Below, piece after piece: positions 57,833 to 64,000 of a DNA stretch of 64,000 bases (positions are counted from its first letter, which is position 1; the number at the start of each line of letters is the position of its first letter). Source of the DNA: Nitrospirota bacterium (GTDB lineage: Bacteria; Nitrospirota; UBA9217); the NCBI GenBank assembly GCA_021814615.1, contig JAKAHZ010000002.1, forward strand, positions 17,011 through 81,010. Direction: 5' to 3'. Both the position numbers and the translations under genes were made by a program. Under the pieces are notes generated by a model, which had not been told where the DNA came from, made no database searches, and was given only the letters and a program-made list of their open reading frames with translations.

Positions 57833-59221
57833 TCAAACCGGAGAAACCGAGGAAAGGTCGATGTCCAGGAGCCGGATCTTCTGCTGCAGGTTCTGGCGGT
57901 GGATGCGGAGGATGCGCGCGGCCTCGGAGATGTTGCCGCCCGATTCGATCAGGGCCGCCATGATCAGGCTTCGCTCGAACTGGTATTTCGCGTCCTTGAG
58001 CGGCATGAGCGGGATCTTCTGCGCTTCGCCGGAGAGCTTCTTCTCTTCGAGGGTGTACTTCGGCAGATCCTCGCGAAGGATCACCGGCCCGGCGGTGAAG
58101 GCGATAGCGTATTCGACGGAGTTCTCGAGCTCGCGGATATTGCCGGGATAATGGTAGTTCATCAAGGCCTGCATCGCTTCCTTGGCAATGCCCGTGAGCT
58201 GCTTCTCCTCGGCCTTGCCCTTGTGCTTCTCCAGGAAATGGTTCACCAGGAGCGGAATATCCTCCGCTCGCCGGCGGAGCGGCGGCAGCTCGATGGGGAT
58301 CACGTTCAGGCGGTAGTAAAGGTCCTCGCGGAAGGTCTTGTCGACGATGCACTTCTTCAGGTCCCTGTTCGTGGCCGCAACGACGCGTACGTTCACGCGC
58401 CGGGGCTGGGTGTCGCCGATGCGCAGGAACTCGCCCTCCTGCAGGAGCCGCAGGAGCTTCACCTGGAGCGGCGTGGCCAGCTCGCCGATCTCGTCCAGGA
58501 AGAGCGTGCCCTTGTCCGCCTCCTCGGCCAGGCCCTTCTTGTCGGCGATGGCGCCGGTGAATGCGCCCTTCACATGCCCGAAGAGCTCGGACTCGATCAG
58601 GCCGTCGGGGATCGCGCCGCAGTTCACCGTCACGAACCTCCTGCGGGCGCGGACGCTGTTGGAATGGATCGCCCGGGCCACGAGCTCCTTGCCCGTGCCG
58701 CTCTCGCCCGTGACCAGGACCGTGGATTCGCTCGACGCGGCATGGCGCATGACCCGGAAGACCTCGCGGATCTCCGGGCTGTTCCCGATGATGCTCTGGA
58801 AGGAGTAGCGCGTCTCGATCTGCGTCCGGAGCGCCAGGTTCTCCTGCTCCAGCCGTTTCTTCTCGAGCGCCCGGCGGATGGGGATGCGCACCTCGTCGGG
58901 CGTGAAGGGCTTGGGAATGTAATCGTAGACGCCCTTCTTGATTGCGTCCACTGCCGAGGGGATCGTGCCGAAAGCGGTGATGATGATGAAGACGCTGTCC
59001 GATTCGATCTCGCGCACCTTGTCGTAGAACTGGATGCCGTCCATGCCGGGCATCTTGAGGTCGGACACGATCAGGTCGAAGACGGATTTTTTGACCTTTT
59101 CCACGCCGTCGGCGCTGCTGGTCGTCGTCACGACATCGAGCCCCTCGATCTCGAGGATCGCCTTGACCGCCTCGCACACGCTGGCCTCGTCGTCCACCAC
59201 GAGCGCTTTCAGTTTATCCAT
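57833..59221 (-). CDS. Sigma54-dependent response regulator (NtrC family)
   Basis: Receiver domain, GESGTGKE, ESELFGHVKGAFTGA, FREDLYYRLNV and HTH. Confidence 0.95.
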   Translation of the reverse strand: MDKLKALVVDDEASVCEAVKAILEIEGLDVVTTTSSADGVEKVKKSVFDLIVSDLKMPGMDGIQFYDKVREIESDSVFIIITAFGTIPSAVDAIKKGVYDYIPKPFTPDEVRIPIRRALEKKRLEQENLALRTQIETRYSFQSIIGNSPEIREVFRVMRHAASSESTVLVTGESGTGKELVARAIHSNSVRARRRFVTVNCGAIPDGLIESELFGHVKGAFTGAIADKKGLAEEADKGTLFLDEIGELATPLQVKLLRLLQEGEFLRIGDTQPRRVNVRVVAATNRDLKKCIVDKTFREDLYYRLNVIPIELPPLRRRAEDIPLLVNHFLEKHKGKAEEKQLTGIAKEAMQALMNYHYPGNIRELENSVEYAIAFTAGPVILREDLPKYTLEEKKLSGEAQKIPLMPLKDAKYQFERSLIMAALIESGGNISEAARILRIHRQNLQQKIRLLDIDLSSVSPV

Positions 59222-60878
59222 AGAGCGGCAGCCTCACCCGGAACGTGGTCCCCTTCCCCACGGTGCTCTCCACGGCGATCTCGCCGCCGTGTTTCTGTAT
59301 GATACCATAACTGACCGCAAGCCCCAACCCCGTTCCCTTCGTGGCGTCCTTGGTGGTGAAGAAGGGATCGAAGATCTTGTGCAGGTGCTCCTCGGGGATG
59401 CCCTTGCCCGTGTCGGAAAAGACGATCTCCACGTGCCGTTCAGTCCTGCGCGTCCTCACCTCGATCCTGCCGGGAAGCGTGATGGCATGGATGGCGTTCA
59501 GCAGGATGTTCAGGACCACTTGACCCACCTGCGCAGGATCGGCGTAGACCTCGGGCAGGTCGTCGGCAAGCTCCACGGACAGGTCGATCCCCTTGAAGGC
59601 CTCCTGGGCTGCCAGCGATTCGGTGATCTCGCCCACGGGCCGGTTGATGTTGATCTTTTCCGGCTTGATCACGCTCTCGCGCCCGAAGTTCAGGAGCTGC
59701 CGCACGATCGTGCGGGCCCGGTCCGTCTCTCTGGCCATGAGCTTGAGCTTCTCGTGGCGGGGATCGCTCGGGGGGCACTGCTCCAGCATGAGGTTGGAAA
59801 AGGTGAGGACCGAGGTCAGCGGGTTGTTGATCTCGTGGGCGATCCCGGCAGCCAGCTTGCCGATGGAGGCCAGCTTCTCCGCCTCCACGAGGCGCGCCTG
59901 CTTTTCCTGGATCTGCTTGATCACGTCCTCGAGCGCCCCCAGGGTGTGGTCCAGCTTCCGCTCCATCTGGTTGAAGGAGTCGGCCAACGCTGCGATCTCG
60001 TCATGCCCCGCGACCTTGATGGTCTCGGAAAAATCGCCGCGGGCGATCTTCTTGGTCACGCGCTCCAGGTCGTGGATGGGATCGACGATGCTCTTGGCAA
60101 GCTTGATGTTCACGACCGTGCCGGTGCCGATGATCGCGGCAAGGGCGAGGAAGAGCAGCATGATCGACGTCTTGATCTTGGCCTCCACCTCCTCCCGCTC
60201 GCGTCGGGAGATATTCTCGGTGAAGGTCTGGATGTTCCGGGCCGTGCCGCGCATGCTCTCCACGGACGCGGCCTCGTCGCGGTACAGGCGGTAGAGGCGC
60301 TCCACCATTTCCGCATAGACGCCGACTGCCACATTGCCCTTGAGCGCGGCGCTTGCGACCGCGGTCCGGAACCGTTCGAAAGCGGCATCGTTCCGGTCGA
60401 GCATGACATTCTTCTCGTGCCGCCGGAGATTCAGAAATGCCTCATGAAGCCCCGGCGCCAGTCCTTGTTCCACCGCCCTGCCGCGGCGCCGCACCAGTTC
60501 TGCCAGCTCGCCCTGGGAGTTGTAATTCGCGGCGATGAGCTCGAAGATCCGTTCGTACTCGGCAAGCGTACGCTTGAGCATCGTGAAATCGTCGATGCCG
60601 ATCTCCGTGATGATCTCCGCCTGAATATTGTCGATCGAATCCTTGAGCGTTCCGAGGTAGCTTCTGAGGGCGTCGAGATTGGCGGGGTCCCGGTATAGCA
60701 GGAAATTCTTCTCGAACCGGCGCACTTCCAGCATGGTGTTCGTGATGTCGTCCGCCGTTTCGACGAGCTTCAGCCGCGTCCCGATGGTGCGCAGCTCCTT
60801 GTAGGCGAAAAAGCCGAGCACGACGGCGAGCAGCATGTAGAGGCCGAACCCCACCAGCAGTTTTTCTCGGATTTTCAT
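59214..60878 (-). CDS. HAMP sensor histidine kinase
   Basis: RRFEKNFLL periplasmic repeats, HEINNPL and GTGLGL motifs. Confidence 0.93.
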   Translation of the reverse strand: MKIREKLLVGFGLYMLLAVVLGFFAYKELRTIGTRLKLVETADDITNTMLEVRRFEKNFLLYRDPANLDALRSYLGTLKDSIDNIQAEIITEIGIDDFTMLKRTLAEYERIFELIAANYNSQGELAELVRRRGRAVEQGLAPGLHEAFLNLRRHEKNVMLDRNDAAFERFRTAVASAALKGNVAVGVYAEMVERLYRLYRDEAASVESMRGTARNIQTFTENISRREREEVEAKIKTSIMLLFLALAAIIGTGTVVNIKLAKSIVDPIHDLERVTKKIARGDFSETIKVAGHDEIAALADSFNQMERKLDHTLGALEDVIKQIQEKQARLVEAEKLASIGKLAAGIAHEINNPLTSVLTFSNLMLEQCPPSDPRHEKLKLMARETDRARTIVRQLLNFGRESVIKPEKININRPVGEITESLAAQEAFKGIDLSVELADDLPEVYADPAQVGQVVLNILLNAIHAITLPGRIEVRTRRTERHVEIVFSDTGKGIPEEHLHKIFDPFFTTKDATKGTGLGLAVSYGIIQKHGGEIAVESTVGKGTTFRVRLPLYG

Positions 60879-60963
60879 GGTGTGGCGCTATTATAGCGTA
60901 TGCCCCCGTCAAAAGGAAGGGGCCCGGCGCATGCGCGCCGGACCCCCGGGGGAGAGCGATGAA

Positions 60964-61407
60964 TCAGACCCAGCAGGGCTCTTTCACGACGTAGACGCAG
61001 CAGGGACTGTGGCGCACGACCCGCGCGGCAACGCTTCCAAGCTGAAATCTGCCGCTTCCGTTTCTTCCCCGGCTGCCGATAACGACGATGTCGATCTTTT
61101 CCCGCTCGGCGAAAGCGATGATCTCCTGCGCCGGCGAGTCGCCTATGGCAAGGACCGCGTTCACCGTGCCGCGGCAGGCGGTCCGGAGCGGGCCGGTCGA
61201 CCGCTCCAGAAGATCTTCCGCCCGGCGTTTCATGCTTTCGAGCAGGCGGTCCCGCTCGGACGCCGTGAGCTCCAGATCGATGTCCGCAACCGACGGAACG
61301 ATCGTCATCACGAACACTGTTGCGGGACGATTGTCCGCCAGGGCCGATACCACCTTGAGTCCCTCCGCCGCCTGCTGGGAACCGTCGACGGGCACCAGTA
61401 TCTTCAT
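60964..61407 (-). CDS. Universal stress protein (UspA)
   Basis: ILVPVDGS and VVIGSRG...LGSVAARVV motifs. Confidence 0.9.
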   Translation of the reverse strand: MKILVPVDGSQQAAEGLKVVSALADNRPATVFVMTIVPSVADIDLELTASERDRLLESMKRRAEDLLERSTGPLRTACRGTVNAVLAIGDSPAQEIIAFAEREKIDIVVIGSRGRNGSGRFQLGSVAARVVRHSPCCVYVVKEPCWV

Positions 61408-61415
61408 GGCAACGC

Positions 61416-62132
61416 CTACACTTCCTTCTTCACCTTGGCCTTCTTCATCGTCAGGCCCAGGCCTTCAAAAAGATAGAAGATGGCGAATCCCCACCACATG
61501 GTATACATCACATAGAAGATGAGCAGCCCGATCATGATGCCGGCCTTTTCCGAGACCTTCTGGCCTTCGATCTTGTAGAAGTTGTAGGCGGGCTCGACGG
61601 CTTTCTTCATCACATCGGACACAATCTTCGATTCCGGGATCATGCCCTGCTTCTTCAGTTCCTTGTCCATGACCTTCAGAATATTCCACCACGAGGTCAT
61701 GACCTCTCGTTCGTCCACGCCGTAGCGGCCGGCGACCTTGTCGCCGTCGTTCCTGAACATGTCGTCGGCGTCGGTCAGGATCTGCGCCATGATCAACCCC
61801 AGGTTGCCGTTCATCTTGATCTCGGGGCTTGCCGTGTTGGCCTGGGCGCCGGCGGCAGCAAGGAGCCGAAGCGCCAGGGGATTCATCTGATCGGGTTTGT
61901 CGAGCTTGACGGTGAGAGCAACGCTCACGGTCTTGAAGTTTTCATTCTTCTTTATAACGTCCGGGATGAAATAGGACGACCCCTTGGACAAGCGGTTGAA
62001 CATATCATCGGAGAACTGCAGGCCGTTTTTCCCGTCGCCGAAGACGGGCGAGAAGATCAGGACCAGAACACCCAGGAATGTCACGGCGAGGAAAGCGCCG
62101 ATGCCCAGTGCTTTTGTATTGAGTGCAGCCAT
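61416..62132 (-). CDS. Conserved membrane protein associated with a TSUP permease
   Basis: DDMFNRLSKGSSYFIP, VEPAYNFY and YTMWWGFAI; start MAALN. Confidence 0.75.
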   Translation of the reverse strand: MAALNTKALGIGAFLAVTFLGVLVLIFSPVFGDGKNGLQFSDDMFNRLSKGSSYFIPDVIKKNENFKTVSVALTVKLDKPDQMNPLALRLLAAAGAQANTASPEIKMNGNLGLIMAQILTDADDMFRNDGDKVAGRYGVDEREVMTSWWNILKVMDKELKKQGMIPESKIVSDVMKKAVEPAYNFYKIEGQKVSEKAGIMIGLLIFYVMYTMWWGFAIFYLFEGLGLTMKKAKVKKEV

Positions 62133-62133
62133 G

Positions 62134-63381
62134 TTATGCCTCCTCCCTGAGTGTCTTGACGTTCTGGAAGAACTTACTGAAGATCCAGAGCCCGAAAATC
62201 GCCACCACGATCCAGAACACGATATTGCCGACGAATTCAATAGCGTTGATGGTCGACTTGGACATGGTGATGTATTCCAACTCCACCATTTTCTTCGGCA
62301 GCGTCGCTGCCCGGTTGATGAATCCGGCGATGATCGAAACAGCGTAGAACCCGCGGATGTGAACACCCTTCACCACCTTGGTCGTCAGCGCGCCCACCTG
62401 GATGCCGATGAGCGAACCGATCAGCATGCCCATGGCAAGAGTGTAGAACACGTACCCGTAGATCGCGTACTGCGCGATCGAGGCGAGGCCGGCCGTGAAG
62501 ATGATCTGCAGGATGTCGGTGCCGACCGTCGTGGCCGTGGAGACGCCGAAGGTATAGACGAACATGGGAAAGGTCACGAAGCCGCCGCCCACGCCCATGA
62601 TCGCGGCCAGGATGCCGACCACCGCGCCGCCCAGGGCCACGAACACGCCGGAGATCTTCTTGCCCCCTTCCACATAGTCCTCGTCGAAGGTGATCATGGG
62701 CGGGATGTGCATTTTCTGGAGCTTGAGCGCGAATTCCGTCGTTCCCGCAGGTCCCCCGTGCGCATCGCCGCCCGAAGCGCCTTTCCGGGATTTCCAGAAA
62801 TCCATGAGCGCGTACACGCCGAGGAAGCCCAGGAGCACTGCGTAGACCAGGCTGATGAATGCCTCGGACAGGATCGGGTCCTTGTCATAGAGCACCCGGT
62901 TGATCGCACCGCCGACGAAGGTGCCGCCCGCCGACCCGACGAGGAATGCGATCGCCAGTTTGGTGGATACATTGCCCAGTTTCTTGTGAACCGTTGTCCC
63001 CATGATGGCTTTCGCGAAGATGTGGAACACGTCGGTTCCCACCGCGAGGATGCCCTTGACGCCCGCAGCCATGAGTGCCGGCGTGATGATGAAGCCGCCA
63101 CCCGCCCCGATGCAGCCCGTGATCAGGCCGGCAGCGAGGCCGATGGCAATGGACACCAGAAAGATGTTCGTGGAATAGAACGCCGGCGCGTACGCCGTCT
63201 TGCTTCCCAGCATGTTGCCCGCGTCCGCCAGCGTGACCAGGAGGATCGGCAGCAGCATAAGAAACAGGATCAGCATCTTCTTTCTGTTCTTCACGATACT
63301 CATCGACACCTCGTAATCCCACCTGGCATGCGCTACCGATGCCGCTTTCAAAAACTCGTATGTGGATCTCAACACTCCCAT
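62134..63381 (-). CDS. TSUP (TauE/SafE) family permease, long form
   Basis: GCIGAGGGFIITP, AVGTD and IMGVGGGFVTFP motifs. Confidence 0.9.
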   Translation of the reverse strand: MGVLRSTYEFLKAASVAHARWDYEVSMSIVKNRKKMLILFLMLLPILLVTLADAGNMLGSKTAYAPAFYSTNIFLVSIAIGLAAGLITGCIGAGGGFIITPALMAAGVKGILAVGTDVFHIFAKAIMGTTVHKKLGNVSTKLAIAFLVGSAGGTFVGGAINRVLYDKDPILSEAFISLVYAVLLGFLGVYALMDFWKSRKGASGGDAHGGPAGTTEFALKLQKMHIPPMITFDEDYVEGGKKISGVFVALGGAVVGILAAIMGVGGGFVTFPMFVYTFGVSTATTVGTDILQIIFTAGLASIAQYAIYGYVFYTLAMGMLIGSLIGIQVGALTTKVVKGVHIRGFYAVSIIAGFINRAATLPKKMVELEYITMSKSTINAIEFVGNIVFWIVVAIFGLWIFSKFFQNVKTLREEA

Positions 63382-63420
63382 GTGAAACCTCCCTCCTCGT
63401 GATATTGGCATTCGTAATGA

Positions 63421-64000
63421 TCAGCCGATCTGAACCAGTTCGGTCTGCAACTTGTACTTCGTGCCGCTTCCCATGAGCCGCGTATACGCGAGCGCCCGTC
63501 CGCCGTGCCCCACGAACAGCCGGTGCAGGAGCAGCATGGACGAGCCTTTCTCATTCTTCAGGATCGAGGCGGCATCCTCGCTCATTTCGCCCAGTTCGAT
63601 CATCTGCACGACCTTCTGGATCTTCTTCGTCGCCCGTTCCTGCACGAGCTCGTAGAGCGGCGTCTGACAGACATCCGCCTGATCAATGTCCGGCATCACC
63701 TCCAGGGGAATGAAGGATTCCTCGAGATAGGCCGGCTCGCCGTTCACCATGCGTTTGCACAGGATGTAGTACACTTCGCCGGCCGCGCCCAGATGGGTCT
63801 TGATCTCCTCCGTCGGTGCCTTGGGACCGCGCATGAGCAGTTCCTTCCGCGCCACCACCCCCTCTCCGAACATGTCCTCGGTCAGCAGGGTCTTCATGGT
63901 GATCCCGTGGTTGGGCAGGCACTGGCTGACAAAGGTTCCCCGTCCCTGGTGCTTGCGGAGATAGCTGCTGCGCACGAGCTCGGCGATGGCCATGCGCACC
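63421..64000 (-). CDS. GntR/HutC-family regulator with UTRA domain (5' end outside the window)
   Basis: AIAELV...RKHQGRGTFV helix-wing end followed by a UTRA-like domain. Confidence 0.88.
   Translation of the reverse strand, partial: VRMAIAELVRSSYLRKHQGRGTFVSQCLPNHGITMKTLLTEDMFGEGVVARKELLMRGPKAPTEEIKTHLGAAGEVYYILCKRMVNGEPAYLEESFIPLEVMPDIDQADVCQTPLYELVQERATKKIQKVVQMIELGEMSEDAASILKNEKGSSMLLLHRLFVGHGGRALAYTRLMGSGTKYKLQTELVQIG

Overview
GC-rich bacterial chromosomal window. Gene content (sigma54 two-component systems, tungstate ABC transporter, PpcA-type triheme cytochrome, IorAB/PaaK, TSUP/USP modules) suggests an anaerobic Nitrospirota or Desulfobacterota-like organism; this is inference. About 60 CDSs are supportable. 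In order: CPA2 antiporter, exosortase plus its surface-protein target, CLC-CBS, pal, modE-tupAABC, ccdA/thioredoxin, two nosL-like genes, yaeQ, peptide ABC permeases, rsmA, gmhA, a che cluster, USP genes, a repeat-rich accessory hotspot (about 31.5-39.9 kb), two sigma54 two-component/transporter modules, a RelA/SpoT-like protein, paaK-iorAB and a glycoside hydrolase. No rRNA, tRNA, CRISPR array or transposase was found. Best candidates for undescribed biology: (1) two paralogous membrane-anchored ORFs ending in GLSPP, each directly upstream of an exported envelope protein, resembling translation-arrest leaders; (2) an exosortase next to a target with an unfamiliar C-terminal sorting signal; (3) tandem toxin-less antitoxin cassettes with identical flanks inside a GACCTGACCCC/GGGGTCAGG REP-like hotspot; (4) a promoter-leader-terminator attenuator ahead of the cation antiporter and a free-standing promoter-terminator small RNA; (5) a divergent RelA/SpoT-like enzyme and an EEP-SLATT-DUF2278 cluster. 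All family calls come from motif recognition by eye, not database searches.
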